NCBI RefSeq assembly: GCF_001194135.2
Contig: NC_068985.1
Coordinates: forward strand, 53,640,780 to 53,704,779
Direction of reading: 5' to 3'
DNA length: 64,000 bases
Source of the DNA: Octopus bimaculoides
Lineage: Eukaryota
The notes under the pieces are model-generated. The model was not told the DNA's origin. It worked only from the letters and a program-made list of their open reading frames with translations, and did no database searches. Every line of letters starts with the position of its first letter. Position 1 is the stretch's first letter. Of this stretch, positions 52,566 through 64,000 are shown in pieces. The position numbers were made by a program, and so were the translations under genes.

Positions 52566-52749
52566 TTGGAGATACAATGTCCAGCTGTAATAAGCCATTG
52601 TTGATTCAACAAAGCAGCACTACAAGACATCTCACCAAGTCTTCGAAGTGATGCCATCCAGGGCCATTCTCCTGTTTTTGCAATATTAGCACCAATTAAA
52701 AAAGGTTCTAACTGCACCCTGTCATCAAAATATGGTCTCTTGCCACATA
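52566..52749 (-). CDS. S1A (trypsin-fold) serine protease: activation-site and catalytic-His exon
   Basis: tttcag|TA TGT GGC (phase 1): CGKRPYFDDRVQLEPF-LIGANIAKTGEWPWMASL...CSAALLNQQWLITAGHCIS. AA|GTAAGT donor, phase 2. Confidence 0.92.
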
Positions 52750-53247
52750 CTGAAAGAAAATACACAATTAGAATACATAATTAATATCAGTATATTATTG
52801 TATTGACTAGACTATTGAATGCTGTTATATAATATTGGTCACAATGTGCTTTCTTGCATTGTTGTGGCATTTGAATGATGCCACCTTGCTGACTAGGCAG
52901 GCAGGCCAACATTCCACTTGAACAGAATGCCAGTCTCTCACAGGGTTGCCCTGAGTGAACTGGAATAACATGAAAGGAAGTGTTTTGCTCAAGATCACAA
53001 CACATCACCCATGAGTGCAACAATCTAACCACAAGGCCACACACTTTCACGTATAATTAATTATTAATAATTAATATTCATAATTAATATACAATTAATT
53101 GCAATCATGGAAACTTAATGACTGCAAAGTGTTGAAAAAAATGAACTTTCCAAACACACAGCTATGCCCGCACCTTTAATATTTAAGGTGGTGAACCAGC
53201 AGAATCATTAGCACACCAAAGAAAATGCTTTGTAGAATTTCTTCCAA

Positions 53248-55615
53248 CTGGAAGTGTGGGGATAGCAAGGAATTGTATCAGATAGCCAGAAAAGATGCTA
53301 GGAGGCAGGTATATTTAACCAGGGAAGTAGCAGAAAAGAAGAAGTTTGCCAATGTTCTGTGACATGAGGACCAGAGACTTGAAGTTTTTGGATTGCAAAA
53401 CAGTGAATGAGAGAAATTGTGATGTCATAGGAGAGAAATGTGTCTTCATGAATGATGGCTCACTTGCATTTAATGATTCTGCAAAGAAAGAGACTTGGAA
53501 ATGCCATTATGAAAGGCTGCTAAATGAAGAAAATGAATGGGAGAAGGAGACCCAACTGAGGGACCAGCTATCTGAATTAACAGTACCTCGGTAGATAAAG
53601 CAATTAAGGATATGAAGACATGGAAAGCCCCTGGCCCATCAGGAATCGTTGTTGAGATGCTTAAAATATCTGGTAGTGTAGGTTATGGTCTAGTCCTCCA
53701 TATAGTTAGCCAGGTGGTACATGAAGGAGTCATATCCAATGACTGGTGTAGCAGCACCATAGTCAACTGCTACAAAGGTAAAGGTGAAGTATCAAAGAAG
53801 TATTAAATTGTTGGATAAGGTGATGAAAATCATGGAGAGGGTCATAGTCCAACTAATTAGGGAGAGAGTTAGTCTAGATGAAATGCAGTTTGGTTTTGTG
53901 CCTGGGAGAAGCACCACCGGTGCTATATTTCTGGTGAGACAGCTGCAGGAGGAATACATAGACAAAGATAAGCTTCTGTACTTGGCTTTTGTTGACATGG
54001 AGAAAGTCTTTGACAGGATTTCCTGATTCTCTTATCCAGTGGTCAACGTGGAAACTAGGGATAGAGGAGTGATTGGTGGGAGCTGTACATGCCATGTATA
54101 GGGATACTGTCAGTAAGGTGAGGGTTGGCAATGAGTACAGCGAAGAATTCAGAGTACAAGTAGGAGTTCACCAAGAATCAGTACTCAACCCCCTCTTGTT
54201 CATCATAGTCCTCCAGGAAGTAACAGAGAAATTTAAGACAGGATGCCCCTGGGAGCTCTTCAATGCTGATGACCTTGTTCTTATTGCTGAATCACTACCA
54301 GAACTAGAGAAGTTTCAGGTGTGGAAGCAAGGTCTAGAATTGAAGGGCCTTAGAGTTAACCTAGCAAAAACCAAAGTCTTAGTAAGTAGGAAAGCAGGCA
54401 AATCACAAATCCCTTCAGGTGGATGGCCCTGCTCATCCTGCAGGAAAGGCATTAGTAGAAATTCCATAAGATGTACCCAGTGTAAGCTATGGACACATAA
54501 GAGGTGCAGCAATATCAGAGGAAAGTTTACAGGGAAACTAGTATTTGTGTGTGGAAGGTGCACAGGTACTAGCACTAAAAACATACAGAAAGTATAGACT
54601 ACTGACCAGGTCAGTAGCAAGGGTGAATGCACCAAGAGCATAGCTGCTAGAATAAGAATAGTTTGGGCAAAGTTCAGAGAGCTCCTACCTTTGTTGGTAA
54701 CAAAGGGCCTCTCCCACAGAGTGAAAAGCAGATTTCATGATGCCAGTGTGCAGTGAAACATGGGCTGTAACTGCTGAGGACATGCACAGGCTTAAAAAAA
54801 GATGAAGCTAGTATGCTTCACTGGATGTGCAATGACATCATGCATATTATGACAGAGTGTAAATATCTTGAGAGAAAAGTTGGGCATAAGAGGCATCAGA
54901 TGTGATGTGCAAGAGAGAGAATTACGTTGGTATGGTCATGTGATGCATATGGATGTGGACAACTGTATGAAGAAGTGCCAATCTCTACCAGTGGAAGGAA
55001 GCTGTGGAAGAGGGAGACCTAAGAAGACATGGGATGAGGTGGTGAAGCATGGTCTTCAAACATTGGGCCTCACAGAGGCAATGACTGAGACCTTTGGCAA
55101 TATGCCATGCTTGAGAAGACTCATCAAGCCAAATGAAATCATAGTTGTGGCTGTTGTTGGTGTCATGTAACTGGCACCTGTACCGGTGGCATGTTAAAAG
55201 CACCTTTCAGACAGTGGGCCTCACAGAGGCAATGTGGCTGATGTCGATGTTGCATAGCAAGCACCCATGCTGTTGGCACATAAAGAGTACCTTTTGAGTG
55301 CTGGGCCTCAGAGGCAATGACAAATGACTGAGACTTTTGGCAAAATGCTGTGCTTGAGAAGAAGCCCCATCAAGCCAAGTGAAATCATAGTTGTGGCAGA
55401 TGCTGGTGTCACACTTCTGGTACCCATGCCAGTGGCATGTAAAAGCACCCATTACACTCTCAGAGTGGTTAGTGTTAAGAGGGGCATCCAGCTGTAGAAA
55501 TCATGCCAAATCAGACTAGAGCCTGGTGCACCCCCTCAGCTGACAATCCCTGGTCAAACCACCCAACCCATGCCAGCATGAACAATGGACACTAAATGAT
55601 GATGATGATGATGAT
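53248..55615 (+). mobile_element. RTE-clade non-LTR retrotransposon, 5'-truncated and frameshifted, with modular 3' UTR and (GAT)n tail
   Basis: RT motifs KAPGPSG, QFGFVPGRSTTGAIF, LAFVDMEKVFD, GVHQESVL.PLLF, ADDLVL, VNLAKTK. C-terminal R.RWYGHV and RGRP.KTW. Ends ...CATG...GGAC..TAAATGATGATGAT. Confidence 0.92.
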
Positions 55616-56504
55616 ACAATATGTGGAATGTAAAGATTTGGTCCCAACTCACCTTTTCCTGGGCACAGAAGTTTAAGAGTTCCATGTGGTGTACAGGAAT
55701 TACTGAAACAGAAAAACCAGACAAGATTTCAGCACATTTCTAGAAGACACATTAATCTAGTATTTAACCCCTTTATAACCATATTTCTGTTGACATACAC
55801 TGCTTTTGTTTAAATTAATTTTCAAAATGAGGAAGAATAACTTTGTCATTATTGAGCTGGTGTTTGAGACATAATTTCACATGAAATTTCAATGGAGTAT
55901 TTTAATTTATATCATTTTAAACAGGAAGTAGTCTCTGGTGAGTTGGTACCAAAATAGTTAAGCTATCTTGCCACTATTTCTATTTGCCTATATATTTTGA
56001 TAATTAAATAAAGAAGAATAGAAAAAATGCTCTAAAAAAGTAGGTCTAAAATGTCAATGGCTCGTTGAAATCGTATGTGTTGAATATTTGAAGATGTTAG
56101 AGAATATTCTGGAGTGAAATATTAAGGATGTCAATAAGATATCAAAACTTCAAAGTACAAAAATTATTATAAGTCTGAATAACAGCTGAAATTTCACCAT
56201 TTGGCATGTATTCTTCAATAAGGAATAATAAACACTATTTCTTTCTTCATTTTAAAGACTTATTTAGATTTCAATTGCCAATGAAATTATAGATATTTAC
56301 AATATAAATATCCGTTATAGAAACATGTATGCAATAGTTATTTAAATAACTCTTTTTAACTGTTATATTATACATACAAAATACATACATACGTACATCG
56401 GTACATACATATGTACATCTGTACATACATATGCACATACATACATACATACATACATACATACATACATACCTATTATTCTAAGACAAAAATATTATTG
56501 ACAA

Positions 56505-57350
56505 TAACTTCAAAGTTTCAGCCAGTTAAGCCTTCGTTGGACTGTGATGCAATGAAGTTAACTTTGGCTTTATATTATTTCTGTTGAGCTAAAATCTTCC
56601 TTGAGTATATGGGTTTGAATGGAGTAGTAATTAGGTTGTAGAGAGGGTTGTCATGGAGAGGTGCTTTGGAGAAATTTTTATAGATTAAATTTGGGGTACT
56701 CTTATTGTTTAGAATTCATTCATGCATATAGTACTTTGTAAGCAGCTGTGTACATTTGGGTGTGTCTGCTTCATGTCATGAGATTGTTCTTAGCGGTTCA
56801 CAAAAAGGAAGTAGGTAGGCATAGGAAGCCTTCTGATCACTGGATGTGCCAGTAGTTATTTCTGGTTTGATTGGATTTAATCTTTTGCTTAAAGGTCAAA
56901 GGTTCAAAGTTTAATCCAGTATTTAAAAACTTAGTAATTGGGTGCTCCCACTTTTTTGTTATGGAGTTTTTAAAGATTCACAAAAGAATGTTAGCAGGTG
57001 GTATATTTTAGCTGGTCATTTTTTTACTTGTTTTTGTTGTTATTTAGGGTATTTCCTGGTTGTATTTGGAAGATTGGGGTTATTAGTTGAACATGCTATG
57101 GTAGTGTTAGTATAAAAATTAATCTTGTATCTTGCTGTTCATAAAATGTGGGTAGGTGTAAAAGCTATTGTTCAATAATTTCTCTTTTTAGGGGTTCATT
57201 GATTAATAGGTAGAAATTTTAACCTTTGTGTTTTATGGAGGCAGAGTTTGTGGGCTAAGTGTTTATAAATATTTTTTCAATTGTTTCAAATGTGGGTATT
57301 CTACAAAATATTATTTTAGGTCAATGGATATATGTAAAAGTGGAGTGTGG
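56505..57350 (-). mobile_element. Highly decayed Penelope-like element relic (GIY-YIG C-terminal region + decayed hammerhead-like end)
   Basis: Minus-strand fragments KAPLHDNPLYN and LNRNNI echo the KAPxY...CNLC...LNxRxE tail of PLE endonucleases. They are followed by CCAACGA-AGGCTTAACTGGCT-GAAAC at 56540-56515. Confidence 0.35.
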
Positions 57351-58388
57351 TAAAACGTGTGTGTATACTCCTGTATAAAAATGGGAACGAAAATAAAATT
57401 TAATTTTAAAAATTGATTTTAAATTAAAAATTAAAAAAAACATTTAAAAAGTAACTGAATATAAACAATATGTATTTTTGTATGTATATATATATATAAT
57501 TTCATTTTCATTTTAACATCTACTTGTCCATGTTTGCATATACGAGATAGAATTGGTTAAGGCAGATTTCTATAGCCAGATGCCTTTCCTTCTTTTTTGT
57601 TGCTAACCCTCACCTATTTCCAAGCTCTGAGTGTGTGTATGTGTGTGTGTGCGTGAGAGAGAGAGATATTAAGTGATTTTGTTGTTATGGTTGTTTGGAA
57701 TCTATAAGACTTATAATAATAATTATCTGGACAGCTTTTGGCCATTTTTTTTTTCTTTTGTAATTAAAAACAATGGGAGGAGCCCTTTTCAGTAAAAAAA
57801 AAAAAAAATTGTAAATATTTTCAGAGGAAAAGGTAAACAGTTCAAGGGAGGTTTGGCTGTTGTTTCTAGCACAACCTAAATCACCTCCCACCACCCCATT
57901 TTCACTCTCACATGTATTGATGATTTTTCAATATTTTTCTCCCATTAAACACATTTTATGATGCCAAAGTAACACATGCGTGGTCCATTGGTGGAATATA
58001 AGCAACAAAAAATATTTTAATCTAAATTTTTACCCCCACCTCAATCAAGCAAAGCCATGTGTATGTGTATGTGTGTAANNNNNNNNNNNNNNNNNNNNNN
58101 NNNNNNNNNNNNNNNNNNNNNNNNNNNNNNNNNNNNNNNNNNNNNNNNNNNNNNNNNNNNNNNNNNNNNNNNNNNNNNNNNNNNNNNNNNNNNNNNNNNN
58201 NNNNGGGAATGGGATAGCAAAAAATTCATAATTTTTCAAACTTTCTTTCTTTAGTATATAAATATATTTATGAGGAGAAAAATATTGAAAAGCATAAATA
58301 TATGTGAGAGTGATAAAGAAACATGGAAGGTTTATTTCATTCATTGTTTGCATGCTCTCTCTCCCTGTCTCTTTCTCTCCCTCCCTCC

Positions 58389-58457
<69 letters not shown>

Positions 58458-58872
58458 GCTTACAGATGAGCTGCTGAAATGAAATCTTTATGTTGCTTTG
58501 AGGGGAAGATAAAACTTAACAAACTGCTTCTCCTCCCTCCATAGTTGGACTACCTTGATATTTGTTTAAAAAAAAGAGAGATTATAACTGATAAACTAAT
58601 GAAAGCAATATTTACTAAGCAAGTGAGCACTATTATACAAAGAAATAATTAGACGTAAAATATCATAAAAACTATTAGAATTAAAAATCAAATGTGAAAA
58701 TACTATCAAGTGGCCAGTAAAAAAAATCGCCCAAAGGGTGGTCTTTCTGCTAATTTCAACAATGGAACTTTATATCTTTGTTTGAAACCAACTCCTTCCT
58801 CAGAAGAAGTTAAACAATTAAAAACAGAAGAGAACATACACACATGCATACACATATACATACATGTATAAA

Positions 58873-58916
<44 letters not shown>

Positions 58917-59000
58917 TGTTTACAAGCATTAATGTCTATATCTTTGAATGTATATGTTTATCAAAATTGTGATGTTGTCATATACATTCTACTGAATCAC

Positions 59001-59015
59001 CAATACACGTCAGGC
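59001..59015 (-). CDS. Candidate 15-nt microexon (x-LTCI-) preceding the protease VCG exon
   Basis: tttcacaatttacag|GC CTG ACG TGT ATT G|GTGATT is phase 1 to phase 1. It would give LTCI-VCGKRP, like the CI/xCG junction of type II transmembrane serine proteases. Short, so it could be chance. Confidence 0.25.
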
Positions 59016-61059
59016 CTGTAAATTGTGAAAACTTATTAAACAAAATAAATAAAATAAAATATAAAAACCTACACTCTCTTGGTTGTAAAACAGACTTTTA
59101 GACAAACTTATAACCAAACAAACTTATAGTTCTTCTGAACTATAACTACGCTACTGACTGAACCAATTAGATTTATGGAGTCACTACACACCCTTTGTCA
59201 ATAATAAACTAACACTTATTTTCCTTCATCAATGTTTTTATAAATCAAAGTTATATTTTTAATAGAAACACTCCCCCTCCTCCTCCTCTCTTTCTCTGTT
59301 GGTAATACTTATTTATATGCCTGCCTACCGCTGTGTGTGTGTGACTGTTTATCTATCTATTGGTCCAATTATTTCTCAGCAGCAGTATATATCCTTTTTC
59401 TCTCTGTCACCCCATCCCTAGAAGTTGCAATATGTTGATGTGCCTTATCAAACAGAAAATGACCTCTGTTTGCATACAATCAAGGATGTATTTATATGAG
59501 TAGCAGTAGGTATGTATCTTACCAATTCCTTTTCAAAACAACTCATCTACTATTAATTCCCTACTGGTACCAATCTCTCATCTGTGACTCCACAAACTAG
59601 CTGCTTGTAACAGTTTCTCCCTAAATAAAGTTGCGAGTAGCTGACATGTCCTAAACTCTTCATGAAATTCTTTAAGGGTTTGTTACCATGTACTTATGAA
59701 GACTGGATTTCCAGCAGAGTGTGGGAAGGAAAGCAAACCATCAGTAGTCAAGACTCAATGGACAGAAAGGTGATAGTCAGCCAGCAACACTGCTGTTGAA
59801 TGTGTACCTCAGAGCATGATGAGAGACATAGATTGCCCTGGTTAACCAACTATACATCTCAGGTATAACTCCATTTGAATCAGCCTAGCTTACCACTGAT
59901 CTAGTTAGGAATGAGAGAGTGTGGTACTTAATTGTCTGGTGCTGCCCTCTGTCACTAAAATTCAAGCTCAATGGAAGTCAAGATTTGACTATCTAAAAAC
60001 CACAAACTGTATATATTTCATTGCAGTGTTTCGGATCACATGCATCCATGATTATGAAATATTCTGACTTAGATAGACCCCACCCCTCACTCATGAGAGT
60101 ACATAGAGGATTTAATACATGCAAGGCCTTTTGTGATTCACCTGTTACCTACCAAACAGCAACCTCTGTTGTTGAGAGTCTTTAAGAAGATCTACCAATG
60201 TCCAAAACTGAGTTTTGGTCATTTTTGGAAAGGAACACAGACACCAAGAAGTTATATGTAACAAGAGGACCATCCTGTAGATGTGCTCAGTTTTCAGAGA
60301 AGGTCTTGAGAATTTTGTATTGAAGGACCAATAACTGATCAATAATCAATGACTAATCAGGAAAAGAAACATTTCCAAAACAAAAGAAAGAAGTTACACT
60401 ATGAGATATTAGTTTTGTGTATGTTATACATATGGGGTCACCATGAGAGATATCCAGAGATTGTGAACACTTGTGTTTATGTTGTGACTTCAGGGTTGCT
60501 GTTTTGCCATGTTCTTCCTTAGAGAATATAGGGTACAAGACTGATTCATTGATGTATGTCACAACTGAGGTATTTGTGATGCCAAAAAGAGACCAAATTA
60601 CTTGTTCCCATTGAAAAATGTTTCAATATTTTTCAAATTATTTGTTTAAGTGGAGGTCTAATGTGGAGTGTTTAGGCTGCATGTATTGAAGGTCAAAGTG
60701 AAATAATAGTGGAATCATTCACATGCTAATACATACCCACACACTCATGTGTGTATATATTATCAATAAAATGTCAAAAACATGTGGAGAGAGCATGTTC
60801 AAGCCCTTTGTGTGTTTTTTCCTGTTTTCTGTTTCTTCATTGTCCTCCTGTTTTACATTTGATGATCATCATTTAATGTCTATCGTCCATGCTGGCATGG
60901 GTGTGACCAGAGCTGGCAAGCTGGAGGGCTGTGCCAGACTCCAGTCTGATTTGGCATGGTTTCTATGACTGGATGACCTTCCTAACGCCAACCACTTTAC
61001 AGTGTGCTGGGTGCTTTCACACGGCACTGCATAGGTGCTTTTACATATATATAGATATC

Positions 61060-61617
61060 TTTAAGCTTATAAAATACTATTATTATTATTTACAGAATTG
61101 TAAATATTGGCACTGCTTAACAAAACTATTCACAGTATAAAAAAAGCACATGAAAGTTTGTTTATAAAACAACTATGAACTCATTATAGTTTTTAAATCT
61201 GACAGAAAAAAGCAAGTAGGTTCGCTAGTGTAATTAGTAGCACATTCGGTTGCGTAAACAGAGAAGTGAGAGTTCAAGTCCCATGCATACAGAAAACCTA
61301 CTTTGTTCTGTTAAGGGCTTATATGCCCCATTATTAGGCTATTTTCTTTAGTCATTGCGCTGTGATTGCTATAAGCTTTAAGCTTATAAAATACTATTTT
61401 TATTATTTACAGAATTGTAAAAATTGGCACTGCTTAACAAAACCATTTGCTGTAAAAAAGCACATGAAAGTTTGTTTACAAAAACAACTACGAACTAATT
61501 ATAGTTCTTAAATCTGACAGAAAAAAAACAGGTAGGTTCACTAGTGTAATCGGTAGCACACTCAGTTATGTAAACAGAGAGGTGTGGGTTTAAGTCACAT
61601 GGGTGTGGAAAACCTAC
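61060..61617 (+). repeat. Tandem duplication (61060-61301 / 61377-61617), each unit ending in an 86-nt tRNA-like segment
   Basis: Colinear ~240-bp copies. Each ends GTAGGTT..TAGTGTAAT..GTAGCAC...GTT(C/T)AAGTC...AACCTAC. Confidence 0.8.
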
Positions 61618-61865
61618 AAATATCAAATAGCCTCCATGTGCCCTCACAGGAGATTGCACACAAAGATGTCATTTGTTATATACAATCAAGACAAGGAGAA
61701 CACACATGCACCTGCACACAGTCATACATACACATATATATACACTTGTACATACACACAAACACATACATATATGCACACATATACACAATCATATGTA
61801 TATATATACACACACTCATATACATACATACATATATATATATGTCTGTTAAAGTCTGTCATACC

Positions 61866-61905
61866 GGCCATGACGAAGGGAAATAGCCCTGAAACTCGAG
61901 TCGCC
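61866..61905 (+). ncRNA. Degenerate minimal (Penelope-type) hammerhead ribozyme motif
   Basis: GGC-C(A)TGACGA-AGGG aaatag CCCT-GAAAC-TCGA-GTC-GCC. Stem II, GAAA, palindromic tetraloop and GUC site are intact, with one extra A in the CUGA turn. Confidence 0.55.
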
Positions 61906-63276
61906 TTTATATATATATATTTATATTTATATATTTATATATTTGATCCCTTATATTGAACACTCAATATTTCATCTACATTCAATACTTTCTTTCATGG
62001 TGCCATCCATTTTTATTTTTATTTTATTTTATTTTATATTGTATATTGTATATCATATTATATATTCCATATTCTATACCCCACATTAGTTCTGCAGGAA
62101 TATAAATAAAACACAAAAAACAGACAGTGTTGGAACTCTTTTAAGCAAAATAATATATTCCTCTATACACANNNNNNNNNNNNNNNNNNNNNNNNNNNNN
62201 NNNNNNNNNNNNNNNNNNNNNNNNNNNNNNNNNNNNNNNNNNNNNNNNNNNNNNNNNNNNNNNNNNNNNNNNNNNNNNNNNNNNNNNNNNNNNNNNNNNN
62301 NNNNNNNNNNNNNNNNNNNNNNNNNNNNNNNNNNNNNNNNNNNNNNNNNNNNNNNNNNNNNNNNNNNNNNNNNNNNNNNNNNNNNNNNNNNNNNNNNNNN
62401 NNNNNNNNNNNNNNNNNNNNNNNNNNNNNNNNNNNNNNNNNNNNNNNNNNNNNNNNNNNNNNNNNNNNNNNNNNNNNNNNNNNNNNNNNNNNNNNNNNNN
62501 NNNNNNNNNNNNNNNNNNNNNNNNNNNNNNNNNNNNNNNNNNNNNNNNNNNNNNNNNNNNNNNNNNNNNNNNNNNNNNNNNNNNNNNNNNNNNNNNNNNN
62601 NNNNNNNNNNNNNNNNNNNNNNNNNNNNNNNNNNNNNNNNNNNNNNNNNNNNNNNNNNNNNNNNNNNNNNNNNNNNNNNNNNNNNNNNNNNNNNNNNNNN
62701 NNNNNNNNNNNNNNNNNNNNNNNNNNNNNNNNNNNNNNNNNNNNNNNNNNNNNNNNNNNNNNNNNNNNNNNNNNNNNNNNNNNNNNNNNNNNNNNNNNNN
62801 NNNNNNNNNNNNNNNNNNNNNNNNNNNNNNNNNNNNNNNNNNNNNNNNNNNNNNNNNNNNNNNNNNNNNNNNNNNNNNNNNNNNNNNNNNNNNNNNNNNN
62901 NNNNNNNNNNNNNNNNNNNNNNNNNNNNNNNNNNNNNNNNNNNNNNNNNNNNNNNNNNNNNNNNNNNNNNNNNNNNNNNNNNNNNNNNNNNNNNNGGTGG
63001 GAAGGAGGAGGGGTGGGAAGGAGGAGGGGTGGGAAGGAGGAGGGTGGGAAGGAGAAAGGAGAGATGAGGAAGAGAAACGAAAGAGAGGGAGAAGAGAAAG
63101 AAGAAGGCGAAAGATGGGCAAGGAGGGAAGGAGAAAGGAGAGACAGACAGACAGACATAGTGACAGGCAGAGATGGGAGAGAGAATGTAGTTTTAATAAA
63201 CTTCCACACACAAAAAAAGATAAGACATTTTCCTGTTTGGTTTAGAATAAATTCCTAATGAGTTGATATTACTTAC

Positions 63277-63408
63277 TCAATTTTGAAATTGTCCAACAAC
63301 GATTTCGGTGTAACATCATCAATTGATGATGTCCATCTTTTTAAACGAAGGTAGTTATCCGTTTTTTTGGAATTGCTAACATCACAAGTCATTTGTGCTC
63401 CTGTGTTG
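63277..63408 (-). CDS. Candidate upstream exon of the protease gene (possible SRCR-like stem region)
   Basis: ttttgtcttctag|C AAC ACA...ATT GA|GTAAGT. The 132-nt open phase-2/phase-2 exon reads NTGAQMTCDVSNSKKTDNYLRLKRWTSSIDDVTPKSLLDNFKI. Same strand as the protease, but the linking exon(s) were not found and gaps lie between. Confidence 0.5.
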
Positions 63409-63777
63409 CTAGAAGACAAAATAAAAGTAATTCTTTACCAATATTAGGCATATATATACACAAAGAGAATGATTGAATTATTTATTGAACAGAACAGAAT
63501 CAATAATGCCGTTACCAATAAGTTCACAGAGTGGAATGAGTTTGTTGTCAAGAAACAGAGAGAGATGATGTTTTATGTAGGGGCCCTTTGTCAAGATGAA
63601 AGTAGTTTATTTTCATTGTGTATACTGTATAGTGTTTGCTGTAAGCTGCTAACACAGTCCATGATGAGTTTTCTCAGATTTTACTGTTTCACTGTAATAC
63701 ATAACATTACTCAGCTTTCATCTTTGTGTGCTTAATGCTGGAATGAAACCAATTACACACACACACACACACATATG

Positions 63778-63959
63778 CGAGGGGGTGCTGAAAAGTTCCT
63801 GGCTTTAAAGGCCTTGCTGGTGACCCAGCCTTCTGACTCCTTTTCAAGGGCTTAGAAAAACTAAAGGACAGCTATAATAATTGTGTGAATCTGTGAATAA
63901 AATCATAACTGATCCTCCTGGATTTTCTTTTGCCCAAAGCCAGGAACTTTTTAGGCCCC

Positions 63960-63964
<5 letters not shown>
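63778..63964. mobile_element. Mariner-type MITE
   Basis: CGAGGGGGTGCTGAAAAGTTCCTGGCTTT ... AAAGCCAGGAACTTTTTAGGCCCCCATTG|TA imperfect TIRs. Confidence 0.75.

Positions 63965-64000
<36 letters not shown>

Noticed and set aside
60000-60066. Minus-strand DACDPKHCNEIYTVC as the missing protease stem exon
   Set aside because: Weak donor (GTTTTT) and acceptor, and the phase is incompatible with the 63277 exon.

Overview
AT-rich, repeat-dense eukaryotic scaffold window with N gaps. It is probably a coleoid cephalopod (Octopus-like); this is inferred from the microsatellite load and SINE/RTE repeat style, not proven. Three spliced protein-coding genes can be rebuilt with phase-compatible GT-AG junctions. 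(1) POLR1F/RPA43 (RNA Pol I subunit), minus strand, exons 6660-6482, 1557-1066 and 27-<1. (2) Head-to-head with it, a complete ER-type hexose-6-phosphate dehydrogenase H6PD (signal peptide + G6PDH + 6PGL, about 784 aa), plus strand, exons 8134-8801, 11807-11898 and 17261-18855. (3) The catalytic half of an S1A serine protease with an intact His/Asp/Ser triad, minus strand, exons 52749-52566, 49909-49605, 46362-46214 and 44356-44171, with candidate upstream exons. The rest is transposon-derived: an end-to-end Chapaev3-type transposon, a Tigger/pogo relic, RTE LINEs and many copies of their modular 3' UTR, an R4/Dong fragment, a Penelope-like relic, piggyBac/hAT/Tc1-mariner MITEs and at least three tRNA-derived SINE families. 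The most unusual items are: a tRNA-headed element with a Penelope-type hammerhead-like tail, an inverted tail copy and a 13-bp TSD (38.4-38.8 kb); a long near-perfect foldback in the POLR1F intron; and a protease whose activation site (F|LIGA) and S1 pocket (Ser189) both point to non-tryptic, possibly self-activating, behaviour.
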